A DNA stretch of 64,000 nt from Rhodosorus marinus CCMP1338. Taxonomy: Eukaryota > Plantae > Rhodophyta. The stretch covers positions 1,302,001 to 1,366,000 of the forward strand of contig JAMWBK010000001.1 of the NCBI GenBank assembly GCA_029953675.1, in the 5' to 3' direction. Shown here in pieces: positions 45,201 to 56,210 of this stretch; position 1 is the stretch's first letter, and the number at the start of each line of letters is the position of its first letter. A program made the translations under genes and the position numbers. A model generated the notes under the pieces. It did no database searches, had not been told where the DNA came from, and saw only the letters and a program-made list of their open reading frames with translations.

Positions 45201-45990
45201 TGCAATTCCTGGACGGTGCTCAACGATCAGCTTCACAGTGGGAGCGGGCAATGGAGCGGACTTTGGAGACACCGAGTTGGTGACCACTGTGGATGGGGAG
45301 GCGGTTTGTATGGATCAGAACTTTTCCCATCGCGACGGAGCGAGGACGTTCTTGTGTAACGTGGAAGGAGGGGAGGAGCTGAAACTTGCGGCCATCCGAG
45401 GAGATACTAGTGGTGCAATCATTGTCGGGGAGGCAGAGTTGGACTGTGCTGTCGGAACTCGGAAACCTGTGTGTGAGATGACCTCAATTCCCAGCAACTT
45501 TCGGGTTGGGGACACAATCGAGTATGCGGGGCAAGGCTACCGTTTCAACGGAGCAGAGCTACCAGGGAGCGCACTGAGCTGGGATATCACGCTTGTCCAT
45601 TGTGAACCGGAATGTCACGACCATCCGGAGGTCAGAGTAGAGGGCAGGAAGGGTGGGAGCTACGATGTTCCCGATCACGGCGACTACTTCTTTATCAAGA
45701 TCGACTGCACAGTAACGGACATGGGTGAGGTGTCTAAGAAATCGACGAGTGTGCTTCCGGAGACGGCTTTAATTACGGTGGAATCCGTGCCGACTGGGAA
45801 GCTCGCCACCGCCGACGGCACGAACGGCGAGACGCCCCTGTTGAAAACGGTGGTCGTGGGCTCAACGTTCACCGTGGATGTGGACCCAGTGGCTTTCGGC
45901 ATATGGTCACACGACAACACTCTCGGTCCAACTTTTGACTATCTTCTTGAGAGTGACACCCCGTTAGTCTTCACTGCTAGCTACAACTAA
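42205..45990 (+). CDS. Secreted glucose/sorbosone (PQQ-type) dehydrogenase-like protein with Big_5 Ig-like, NPCBM-like and PKD-like modules (~1261 aa)
   Basis: Signal-like MDAHVFAVVLVALVLQRTGVGA. GSDH motifs LWISVGD-like, GKVLRVN..G.G.PSNPYY, GLRNPW, DVG...EE.N, NYGWP. Two SbsA/Big_5-like blocks, three NPCBM-like blocks, LSWDITLVHC...CHDHP...VPDH C-terminal module. Domain names come from motif recognition, not a search. Confidence 0.85.
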   Translation: MDAHVFAVVLVALVLQRTGVGATLTKVDFEDAPVVGSIDGLPTDFAFLPPGQTDRILVTGYRGTVQVVVRGAVQEKLFLDERVSQAELDSWTGYPRLWDRGLAPEYRSVAVDSDFQNHPYVYLAYFHYIERVRRTPPQGFVVRYRVSNDLSEAIRSSKRFILGGYVSGNCTQISTTEDTICITAPDHTMAGLLADPQGRVWISVGDSAFWDDFDRPNAMRAQDVDTLYGKVLRVNRSGKGLPSNPYYDGSPDSNRSKVMVLGLRNPWNIHWDAELDTPWVSDVGEATLEEFNLVQPGANYGWPCMEAELDRFQFGIFNECVDLFNNVPPSSGASYVGAKVGPKLSYSHEEGTAITAALRVNIEGWPDAFNNGVYYSDYSGNWIRYVKVDDVGNVVSAPLEFATGVPGPINLRPGSDGCLYYLALASSQIGRICYRENNSPPEVVGIVPPDGFTGAARSTLVEVAVSKKVTAESAQASIVVVETVSEVVVAGHVEQDEVRNILTFVPNEALKEDAEYTVTVSALIDLKNLSMIGEVTSTFFTGRGFVQYVSDLALAVDPTPEAVYRDTAINGVTPIFIRGRRFRKGLSFVPVVRVGVQVPSGCTSIEGFYGMDDTARWIVAGAVIFTIAVDGSIVYDSAADGLGFPSRKVDPATFFSMDVESGSTLTLGGDFGGRHENQEDNRGAWADVRFRCGNIDSRAPKIESIDPGDGSTTSIDVVIRIVFDEVMNYNTVLQAVSIASVDGRRIPWLPVESTEPRLFALELESLEFDTTYVVSVSKTAIDVSGNRLEEDVQWSFATEFPPATGEKLQFLGDLTPKRSRGGVSFNGFPRRLSPGVQIYENGLGMQANAMVSYDLGGLACTRLKGLTGKDAAARGDSGACRLRVFSGANREASRMRVDRYPRAAQRSRGLSVGLGGDSYLEIKLSAGGDGGQAKDLCDIARARVECDGVDIYLTELTPLSERGVVERNRSAVQLPLQLLRSSMTFETGIVIPAGAEVTYAIPGRCSTISFTVGAGNGADFGDTELVTTVDGEAVCMDQNFSHRDGARTFLCNVEGGEELKLAAIRGDTSGAIIVGEAELDCAVGTRKPVCEMTSIPSNFRVGDTIEYAGQGYRFNGAELPGSALSWDITLVHCEPECHDHPEVRVEGRKGGSYDVPDHGDYFFIKIDCTVTDMGEVSKKSTSVLPETALITVESVPTGKLATADGTNGETPLLKTVVVGSTFTVDVDPVAFGIWSHDNTLGPTFDYLLESDTPLVFTASYN

Positions 45991-46655
45991 AGCCGACGGT
46001 TCAGAATTTTTTCCCAGATGTGCGATAAAAGTTGCGCTGGCGGGGCTCAGCTGAATGCCCACGTGAACCCAGCTACTATCAAAAAAGGCTTCTATGATTC
46101 TGGAAAGGCAAATCCATAGGCTGATTGCTAACGATGAATCCAATCAACAGAGTGATAGGAGTTACTGTACTCAGACATTGGGTGCTGGCAGCGAGCTAAC
46201 CGTGTACCACCAGTACTAACGGCATGGAGATGGCTGTCAGAATAGAGGATTGTAGTTTGTAAATACCAAATGGGAAACATCGTCCAGGCCGCCTGGGTCA
46301 GATCATATGTTTGCACGCATGTTCCAGAGTGAACGTTTCCGAAGTCCGAAGACCGCGGAGCAAAATTTTCATATAAAGACCAATATTTGACGTGAGCATA
46401 CCCAAAGTGGACGGAGAATGAGAACATCCACTTCGGGTATGCTCAGTAAAGTCCATGTGTTCGTTTACGGGAAGCGCTTCCCTGGTACGCCTTCCCCTCG
46501 ATTTTCCGCGGGGCGTCGTTTGCATTTGCAAGTACTTCTGTCTTCCGGGTGGGTGTGTTGCGGGGCCTTTCCTATTTGGGTTGGGTTTGGTCGATTATTC
46601 TCTCGGTGCGGTTTCATATTGGTGGTGCAACGTTTACTTTGCGCATTCCCTCAGG

Positions 46656-48065
46656 ATGGTAGGGATATCTCCGCGCTCGACGGAGCCTCCTCCCAAGGAG
46701 GCACTGCCAGGTGGGGGACTCCGTGTTCGCATCAGCTGCGACACCTTTTCTTCCGAGGTTGACTTGGAAGGCGCTTCTGGCACCCAGGCGCGTGCACTTA
46801 TCTCCGCTGTCACCAGCCTGATCACGGCTGCGAGTGATCGTGGAGTGCTCCCTCAGCTCACCCAGAAGCTAGGTGGGCTGGAATCGGGATTGCTGGCCAG
46901 GTCAAATTCAAATTCGGACGAGAATTTGAATTGCCCCAGAGTGGCAGCGTTGGCTGAAGGCAGTCAACATCAGGTCAATCAACATGAACCTGTCCCGGGA
47001 CAGGCGAGGGTGGTTGCTTCTGCGCGGGACAGTACGACGTTGGGGAGCGGCAGGCCGGGCCAAAACGCGCTTCAGCGCTCGGGGACTCGAGGCAATGGTG
47101 GTGGTGACTGTGCGGCAACCGGTGTGGAGGAGACTGCAGCTGTGGACTTCCCTCTCTTGGACCAGCACTCAGGTGGTCACCAGCTCCCGGCTACTGCGGG
47201 GGCACGTGGTGGCCGCAAGGGGGGCGCTTCGTACGCATCAGTCTTGCGAAAGGGCACCACTGCCACACGTACGGCGGCTATGCTCCGTTTCATACCATCT
47301 CGCGAGCCTCAGGATGGACCTGTGGAGACCACTCTCCAATTTCTGTGGGTGCGAAATGTCCGGCCCCAGACTACACGAGGACAGGTTCCGTCTATGCGAG
47401 ACTTCCGGGACACTTTTGCGGAATCCTTAGGGTGCAGCCGGGGTGATTTCTTCTTCGCAAACTATGAGGGCCGCGATGTGCTGTTTTTGGTCTCCGCAAC
47501 CGCCGCCAAGTACCTGGAGGCCTTGCTGGCGAATCCTACCGAGCAGTGGCCTGAGGGCGCCAGGTGGCTGCGCTGCAACCCGCAGGTGGTTTTGCGCTTG
47601 GATTTTGACCGTTTCTCGGGCAATTTCCTGTCTCCGGGAGAAACGGCAGGGCTCTCTGAGCATGAGAGCAGCGTGAAGGCGGCAGCGATCCATTGGCTAC
47701 GGTTTCAGCGCCTTGAGAGGATCTTGTTGGAGCGGTTCCGGTCGGGCCCTCGTCACCTGCGCATGGCGGTGTCCAGCTTCTTCGATCTGGAGAGGCGACT
47801 TGTGCTGACTTCGCGCTACCAGACAGAGCTGCAGCGGGTGGAGATTTTGGAGGGCTCTGCTTCCAGCACCACTTCCAGCGAGAGTGGTGAGGCAGGGGAG
47901 CAGACTGAGAGCATGGCGGTGGAGGACGCCCAGGTTACTTTGCTGAAGCCCGCGGGATCCGTTCCGCGAGCCTCGCGGAGTGGGCGGCTCACGACTTTGG
48001 TGCGGATAGGAGGTAAGAGAGCGAGGACCGACTCCCCCGGGTCTAAGGGGGAGAAGCACGATTAG
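46656..48065 (+). CDS. Family A ORF1, copy 2 (469 aa)
   Basis: Intact; same length as 761-2170. Confidence 0.8.
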   Translation: MVGISPRSTEPPPKEALPGGGLRVRISCDTFSSEVDLEGASGTQARALISAVTSLITAASDRGVLPQLTQKLGGLESGLLARSNSNSDENLNCPRVAALAEGSQHQVNQHEPVPGQARVVASARDSTTLGSGRPGQNALQRSGTRGNGGGDCAATGVEETAAVDFPLLDQHSGGHQLPATAGARGGRKGGASYASVLRKGTTATRTAAMLRFIPSREPQDGPVETTLQFLWVRNVRPQTTRGQVPSMRDFRDTFAESLGCSRGDFFFANYEGRDVLFLVSATAAKYLEALLANPTEQWPEGARWLRCNPQVVLRLDFDRFSGNFLSPGETAGLSEHESSVKAAAIHWLRFQRLERILLERFRSGPRHLRMAVSSFFDLERRLVLTSRYQTELQRVEILEGSASSTTSSESGEAGEQTESMAVEDAQVTLLKPAGSVPRASRSGRLTTLVRIGGKRARTDSPGSKGEKHD

Positions 48066-48096
48066 CGCTCCAGGCACGGCTGCGAGGTCGCAGCCT

Positions 48097-51000
48097 ATGG
48101 ATCTACAGTCTTATGTCCTGAAGGAGGGCGGAGACTGGGGCATTTGGCGTACGCGTTTTCGGAGTTTGCTCCGGCGGTGGATTTCTTTGGAAGGAGGCTC
48201 GCTTCCCCTCCGTGGGGGCATTCCCCCAGTCGTCCTCCCTCGTGGAGACCTTCTAGTAGCTGGAACCATTCTCGATTTCATCTTCACGAGCCTGGCTCGT
48301 GAAGATTCGGGACACAGTCATTTGGGTTTTTCTGGGGGTCATGCCGCTCCTGATTCTGGCCCCCATTCAAACATCGGAGCGCAGATGGCGAGTACGAGAC
48401 CGACTGGCCCTGTTCTTGAAGGGAGACTTCGAAGTACTACAACGCAGCTATTTGGCGACGTCAGCACCATCCGCCCGTCGGACTCGGCATGGCACAGTGT
48501 CGCCCGTGCCGGCTCGAGTACAGAAATTGGTTACAGTGGGCGATTTAAGTCGAGCGGCGCGGATTTTGGAGGGCCAGGCGCCTGTCCTCCCCTACGATGA
48601 TAGTCTCACCCAGACGGTGTCGTCTTTGTTCCCTGAGTCCGACGTGGACTTGTCCCCTGAATTCGAGGTATTCTTGGACCGTCAGGAGTTGGCCAGGTTT
48701 CGCATCCATCTGACGCTCAGTGAGTCTGACCTGGATGATTTGCTTCGTACCTCGCGTCGGGGACGCTGTCCCGGACCCTCCGGACTAAGAACAGAGCTAT
48801 TGCAGGCCCTGAGCCAGCCTGGCCAGAGCGCGCTTCTGAGGATCCTTAACAAGTTGTTCCAGGGCGTATCGGGTGCGTGTGCGCCATGGGAACATCTCCG
48901 GCAGGCACAGCTTTGCTTGCTCACGAAACCTGACCACCAGCCGGCCCACCCGCGTCTCCGGCCGATCGGGATGGTGGAGAGCCTACGGAAGTTAGCCGGG
49001 AGGTGGCTGTGCCAGCGCCTTCGCCAGCGCGTCACAGCTTTTATGGCGCCCTTGCAAGTAGGGGTGGGATTTTCTGGGGGTTGCGAGCTGATCAACCATG
49101 GGATCGAGCTAGAACGCGCCAGTAGGCCGGAGTGGGGAGTCTTGGTGGTTGATTTCCGGAACGCATTCAACAGTGTGTCGCGGACGCATGCGCTAGAGGT
49201 GCTCCGACGGGTGTTTCCGGAGGCGTGGCCGTTTCTATCGGGTATTTACGGAGGGGAGAGCCTCCCCTACTTGACAACGGAGGGCACTGTTTTTCAGGCA
49301 CATACTGGCGTCCAACAAGGCGACCCTTGCGGACCTCTTCTTCATGCCTGTGACCTACAGCTCGTACTATTACGTCTTTCGACTGAGGTCTCGGATCTTC
49401 GAATCTGCGCGTACCACGATGACGTAACATTGCTGGGCACCCCTGACACACTGGCTAGGGGGCTGAACGAGATCGAAGCGATTGCACGTCGCGTCGGTTT
49501 GACTGTGGAAACAGAAAAATGTCGCTTTCTCCCCCCGAGGGACGTGTCGCTGGCCTCTCTGCCACCCACTCTGCGACTAACCAGCGAACGTGAAGGGTTC
49601 GAACACCACGGCGTCGGATTAGGGACTGACAACTTTGTCCAAGCATCCTGCGAGCGAGTTTTGGCACGGCACAAGCAACTCACCGACGCCCTTGAGCACC
49701 TACCCGACAGCATGCTGCAATCGACCTGCTTGCTTTCCCGCTTTTGTGCCAGTCCCAGACTCAACTACTGGTTGCGCAGCCTGCCTCCAGCTTGGGGCTC
49801 GTGGATCGCGGCTAAAGCCGACGAGATGACCCTGCAACACTGGGGAACGCTCTTGGATGAGCCCCTCGATCTTGAAGCTGCTCCCGACAGGGACTTGATT
49901 CGTGCACAGATCGCTCTACCGTTGCGAGTAGGGGGATTCGGCGTCGCAGACCGTGGGCTGGTATGCTCGCCAGCGGCGGTTGCCTCCTGGGCTACCGCGC
50001 TGCAAACGTTGGTGACCTTCCAGATACGAAGTGCCTGCCTCTTGGATCGAGCTTTGACCAACGAGGATCCAGTGACCCTGCCGCCCCCGCTTTTGACAAT
50101 TTATGATGGTCTTCAACACGCGTTCAGGAGGTGCAACGCCGTGCCGGACGCAAATCGGTCCCGCTTTCGTTCCTGGAGGGAGCTGTTATGGGGACGAGCT
50201 GAAGCGATTGAGGATTCTCCCCTCGACCAAGTTCTTGCCGATGACGGAGAGGCTAGCCCCGGGTCACCTGTTGCAGACTACTCGGTTTTAAGCCGATTGT
50301 GGAGCTCCCGCACTGATGTGATTCAACATAGCCTCACCTGAGGCCAACACAGTGCCGCTCACACAGTCATGCTCAATTCTCCTCTCACGCCGCCTACCAC
50401 TGCCGCTCGTCTCCGCGGCATGGGAGGCCACCTCTCGCACTTGTGGTTAACCACTCTACCGTCGTCATTGAGTCATCGTCTCGATGCTTTCCAGTTCCGT
50501 TCTGCCGCACGGATCTATCTCGGTTTGCCACAGGCTCCGTGGCACTCTAATCGGCCGTCTTTCTGTCAGGGATGTGAGAGCCGGATTGACGCTTGTGGCT
50601 ACCACTTCCTGGGTTCCTGCGGACTGTTGAGAGGTCTCCGTACGAGGCGTCACACTCGCCTCAAGTACATCCTCAGCGAATTTTTGACTCGGATAGGGCA
50701 TACGGTTGAGGTTGAGTCGGAGCTGCGCAGATCAATCTCGGACTCTGCACCGCCCCGTTGTATAACCGATCTCCTCGTCTCCGACGCTGCTGCCAGACGC
50801 TCAACATATGTGGACCTCGCGATTACCTGCCCCGTGGCCAGCGCCCACCTCACCGCAGCCGCCCGCCGCCGGGGGGCCGCGGCTTCAGCCCTTCGAAGAG
50901 TTAAGGAACGACGGTATGCTGAGAGCATGGCCAGTCTGCCTTGCGCTGAGGGTCGCTCTCACCGGTTCCAGCCATTCATTGTGGAAAGCTTTGGTCACGT

Positions 51001-51115
51001 TGATAAGTCGGGTTTAGAGTGGTTGCGGAAATGTTTTGCTGAACATCCTACTGAATATTTGGCGCTCTTGAGGCGTTTAAGTGTCTCCCTTTGGCGATAT
51101 TCCAGCGACATGCTT
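48097..51115 (+). pseudogene. Family A ORF2, copy 2, disrupted
   Basis: +1 frameshift near 48300 and TGG>TGA at 50339-50341. Confidence 0.9.
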
Positions 51116-51116
51116 T

Positions 51117-51723
51117 GCCTGCTCGCTAGTTGCCCGACGGTGAAAGGTGCTCGAACCCGCCGCCATACACGGATCTTGAACCTGTTATACCGGGAACTTC
51201 GGCCTATAGTCCGGCAAGCCGGTCTGGAAATCGAACGTGAGAAACCTTTACCCGTCGCGGACTTTCAAAATGATGAACGCCGTGTAGCCGACCTGGTGAT
51301 CACCTGTGACGACAGCCGCCGTACCACATACGTTGATCTTGCTGTTCCTAACCCTCAAGCTAGTCGTTATCTCCCGGCTGCGGGGGAGCGCCGTGGATCT
51401 GCCGCCGCCAGCATGAGACGCCGCAAAGAGATCAAATACGCGGGGGCTTTGTCTTCCCCTGGTGTTCGTGCTTCGGCACTAGCCCATCGCTTGGTACCCC
51501 TGATCATTGAGTGCTTTGTGTTCATGGACTCTGTTGGTTCTCGCTGGCTTCGGGAGTTGTTCCGCGAACGCCCTGACCGTCTTCAATCGTTGTTTACCCG
51601 CTGAAGTTTCCTGCTGTGGCGCATGAATGCCGCTTTGATATTGGAGGCGCGAGTTCTTCGCCGCACTTAGTCTTTTTTTCCCCTCCGGGTTTTTTCTTTC
51701 AGCCTCCGATTAAACCATTCGTT
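51117..51723 (+). mobile_element. Family B 5'-truncated copy fused in frame to family A copy 2
   Basis: Junction gacatgcttt|g|cctgctcgctagttg. Ends in B tail ccattcgttc. Confidence 0.92.
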
Positions 51724-53067
51724 CGCTATTGCGTGGAGCCCTTCGCAACTGCTCTGGCTTTGAATCGCTGAAAAAAACCGCCTAGGGCTTGCTTCATATG
51801 GAACACAATTCTCGATTGAAGAATTCCCCCCCCTCCCGCCCCCCCCCGCGGGATTTCTGACCCAACGGATTCCGAGGCTCCTGATTGCATCACCTGGGCA
51901 CTTTCGCACTCCTTCGCGCGATCTGACTTAATCTTTCTCACCCTTGAGGAGTATTAGGTTTGAAAAGTCATGATCGCTTCCCGCAGCGCTTCTTCCACCT
52001 CGCTCTTCTTCGTGACCGCGAAGAGCGAGGTCCAGCTTGCTGTCTCGCCTACAAAGACCGCGAGGTATCTTTATTTCCCCATACCAGTGGGGAACGGACC
52101 ACAAGAATCCGTATGCAACATCTCACTGGGTTCATCCGCATGAGTGACTACTTCAGGGTGCCTGCTGTTATTTTGGCCTTCGTGCAGTCTTCCCAGTCCC
52201 CGCCTCTTGCTACGACGTCGGTTATCCCACGTCTGGACAAGACGTCCAAAGCCTCTTCTCCCAGATGTCCCAATCGACGATAGACGATCTCTCTGGGCTG
52301 TCGCCTGTTGCCCGCGATATTTATCAAAGTCGATACATAAGGGGTGATCTCACGGCGAACTGGTCGTCCGTTCCAAGTCGACAAATCATTAGTGAGACGT
52401 TACCTTTACTTATTACTAATTCTTCGGGACCTTCGCTATGAAGTCGGAAAGTCCCTAACCGAAGATAGACTATAGACTACTTCAGGAATATAGTGGGATT
52501 TTGCTAACATAGCCTGATGCGCTACGGAAGACGCAAAAGTGGACGTCCTTCAATATCATTTCCGCGCTGAGCTTAGCGGGAAAATAATGTCGCCCTTGCC
52601 AACGGCGGGACTATGAGAATCGTTCCCGAAGTAAAATGGAGTCGGATGATCTCCTTGTAATTCTTGAGATACTTCCTCTCGTTGCAGACGTGATCCGTGC
52701 AGCCACTGTCAAGCCAGAAGTTACTCTCAACAGGGATAACTTCTTCTCGCAGCGAACTCGCACAACGAACTTCCATCTCCCCGGAGGGCACTCCCTCTTA
52801 AAGCGCCCTTCTTTTCCACATCTCTAACAGGTTGGCCTCTGCACAACCTGTGTCGCCAAGGCCCTTGTCGTCCGGGGATTTTCCTTCCTCCTGCTGCCAA
52901 GCCCCATCACGCTCCAGTAGCTCTCCAGTTCCCTCACTGTGCTCCCCACGTGAGTGGACTCGAGGCCCGCCACTGTAGATAGACGAGCTCCTGGAAGAAT
53001 TGCATTCCTTCCGAACGAATGGTTTAATCGGAGGCTGAAAAAAAAATACCCCGAGGGGAAAAAAAGA

Positions 53068-56000
53068 CTAAGCGCAGCGAAGTACTCGCGCCTCCAACAT
53101 CAAAGCGGCATTCATGCGCCACAGCAGGAAACTTAAGCGGGTAAACAACGATTGAAGACGGTCAGGGCGTTCGCGGAACAACTCCCGAAGCCAGCGAGAA
53201 CCAACAGAGTCCATGAACACAAAGCACTCAATGATCAGGGGTACCAAGCGATGTGCTAATGCCGAAGCACGAACACCAGGGGAAGACAAAGCCCCCGCGT
53301 ATTTGATCTCTTTGCGGAGTCTCATGCTGGTGGCGGCAGATCCACGGCGCTCCCCCGCAGCCGGGAGATAACGACTAGCTTGAGGGTTAGGAACAGCAAG
53401 ATCAACGTATGTGGTACGGCGGCTGTCGTCACAGGTGATCACCAGGTCGGCTACACGGCGTTCATCATTTTGAAAGTCCGCGACGGGTAAAGGTTTCTCA
53501 CGTTCGATTTCCAGACCGGCTTGCCGGACTATAGGCCGAAGTTCCCGGTATAACAGGTTCAAGATCCGTGTATGGCGGCGGGTTCGAGCACCTTTCACCG
53601 CCGGGCAACTAGCGAGCAGGTGGGCGCCAAAATCTGCGTTGTCTTCAGTCTGAGAGCAGAGAGGGCACGACGAACCCATCTCGTACGGCCAAGGGGGCTG
53701 ATGTAAGCCGAGGTATAAGCGCAGTGAAGTACGCACTTCGAAATCCGACAGTGTGAGTGGCGGAAAGGCTGGTACGGTCATGAGCCACTGAGAGCTAAGA
53801 ACCCCTCCAAGACTACGTAGGCGGGCGCGAGCGCGAGAAGATGAGACCATCTGCGCGAGGAGTCGGCCATATGCAGCACGGTGCAAGTCCCAAGAAAGGA
53901 TATTTTGCAGCGCATCCGTGCGTGCTTGAGCTCGGCTCCCAGCGCGCTGGGAATCATCAGGAGGATCAACTGGAACTTCTTCTTCTGCGACAACTACTGG
54001 GTCAATCTCCCCTAGAACAGGTTCAGGCGCAGGACGAATCCCCGGGGCGGAGCCTCGAGAGCGGTCAAATACAGCTCGCCAGTCAGGAAGACGGGGTTGA
54101 ACGGTTTCGGGGAGACTAGTACAGGAATTCAGGGCGGTTTGGAGCTCCAGAAACAAGTCTTGGGCGCTTTCCGGTACGCTGGGAAGCAAAACACCCCGCG
54201 AGAGGCTCGCCATCAAATTGCGGAACTTCGAGATACCCAAGCTGCTCAAAGTGGGAAGTGCGGTTCCCCAGGCCCCTACTGCGGCTGCAGGTTGGACCAC
54301 AACACGATTGCAGAGGCCCAGTCCCCCCAATCGCAATGGGAGGCCTACCTGGGCGCGCACAACATCACAGGTGGGTCGCGGCAGAGCGCTCAGCTCTTCA
54401 TCGAGAAAATACCCCAGGTCACGGAAACTTTCAGCATCCGCACGAGTGGCCAACCACCGGCCCCAATGAGTTGGAAGTGAGCGAAGCCAATAGGTTAACC
54501 GCTGACCGCAACAATACCGAAACAGCAACAACGAGCACTGGAGAAAGCCCGGAGGTAGCCGTCGAAGCTCTGCAACCAGCTGTCTGTGCTTACCGAGGAG
54601 CTGCAGCAACTCGCCTTCAACGAAGGACGGCGACCCGTAGGGGATGCCTAAGTGGACAAAACCATCCGGTCTCCAAATATCCTGGAACGACGCAGGTACC
54701 TGCTGCTCTTGTGCAGCTACACCTCCCCAGTAGAACGATTTGTGATGATTAACCTCCAGGTCAACCCGTGAAGCCAAGGAGCGGAGACGATCATAAGCGA
54801 GCGCTAGAGTATCAGGGGGCCCCAGGAGGCACACGTCGTCGTGGTATGCAACCGTACGAACCTGCGGGAATTCGGAGCGAAGACAAAGCAAGACGAGTTG
54901 TAGTCCACAGGCATGTAGGAAAGGGGACAAGGGATCACCCTGTTGTACCCCTGTGCGCGCCGCAAACGTGTGTGAGGAAGCGCCAAGGGTGTCATAGGTA
55001 GCCCCACGACCAAGGGGAGAATAAAGTCTACTAACAGAGGGAAAGCCTACAGGGAAGACTTCGCGCACCACGTGCATGAGAGCCGGACGAGAGACGCGGT
55101 TGAACGCATTGGTAAAATCTACAGAGAGGAGCCCAGAATCTGGGAGTACGCCATTTCCGAACGGAGTAAAACAGACAACAACTCACAGCCACCACGATAG
55201 CCCACGCCTAACTGCACGTGCCCAAAGAAACGGCGGGATTCGGGAACCAGGATTTTCACTAACCATCGCGCCGCCAATTTGCGGACCACCTCAACCAGGC
55301 CAATAGGGCGAATAGCAGGGCTCGAGGCCGTGTGGCTGGGCTTCGAAAGCAGACACAACTGCGAACGCCCGACCAAGAACCACGCACACTCACACAGGGG
55401 ATCACCATTCACAAGCGCTTCGACCACCCACGCCAACGCCTTCAAACCTTCATCACTTAAGAAACGGAGATATTCCACCCGCAGCCCCGAGGGCCCTGGG
55501 GAACGGCCCTTCGGAGCATCATGAACCAACTCACGCACCGCCTCCAGATTGACCACTAACCGCGCACTGGGATGTGGCGCGGCGCGGTACTCTTCCAACA
55601 CTGATTCAAACGAGGAGTCCCAAGGGGAGCCTTCCGAGGGAAAGAGCAAACGGAGCGGTGAAGAAAGATCATCGGAGTATGGAACCACAGGTTGCCGCTG
55701 CTGGAGGATCCCGGCTGCCCGCCGCAGATCACCGCCCGCCACCGCGTGACGCGCCCGATTCTGTCGAGAAGCCCTAAAAGCTGAGGGAGCACTAGGAGAA
55801 AAGGAAGAGAGAGAAGCAAAATAAAGACGTTCGAGGTCCTCAAAGTCGCCGGAAAGGAACATTTGCAGTTTTCGGCGAGGGTGGACCCGGCGAGGATGTG
55901 GGTTGAGGGGGACGGTAGAGGAGGTGAGCACGAGGCGGGGAAAAAAGAACAAGAGTTCCCAGCGAAGAGAGCAGTGAGGGTTCGCGGCGACCTGCTGCCA

Positions 56001-56210
56001 GAGAAAATCCAACACCAATCCTAGGGGCTTATGAAGTCGACGAGGGAGCCGTACGGCCGTGCTCTGACGACAAAGGGGAAGGGAACCGTCCGGGTAGGAG
56101 GCGACAAGGTGCGAAAACCACGAGAGGACACGCTCATGCCAGGCTGAGCGGTCACTGGTAAACAGGGGTAACCGGGACGACACGCACGCGGAGGAGGAAG
56201 ACTCAGACAT
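53068..56210 (-). CDS. Family B ORF2 (RT + CCHC + RLE), one apparent 1-nt frameshift near 55145
   Basis: MSESSS...RPIGLVE, VDFTNAFNRVSR, GVQQGDPLSP, AYHDD, CPLC..H...C..RH, VADLVI..YVDL. Two frames join if one C is added at tactccc. Confidence 0.85.

Larger units (their letters stand above)
46455..51115 (+). mobile_element. Family A copy 2 (5' UTR slightly truncated; 3' end replaced by family B)
   Basis: Near-identical to 560-5220. Begins immediately after an A-type tail (tatgctcagtaaagtcc, ~46437-46454). Confidence 0.93.

Noticed and set aside
50369-51604. 411-aa ORF as an independent gene
   Set aside because: It is the read-through of an A/B retroelement junction downstream of a premature stop. 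Reported as a chimera instead.
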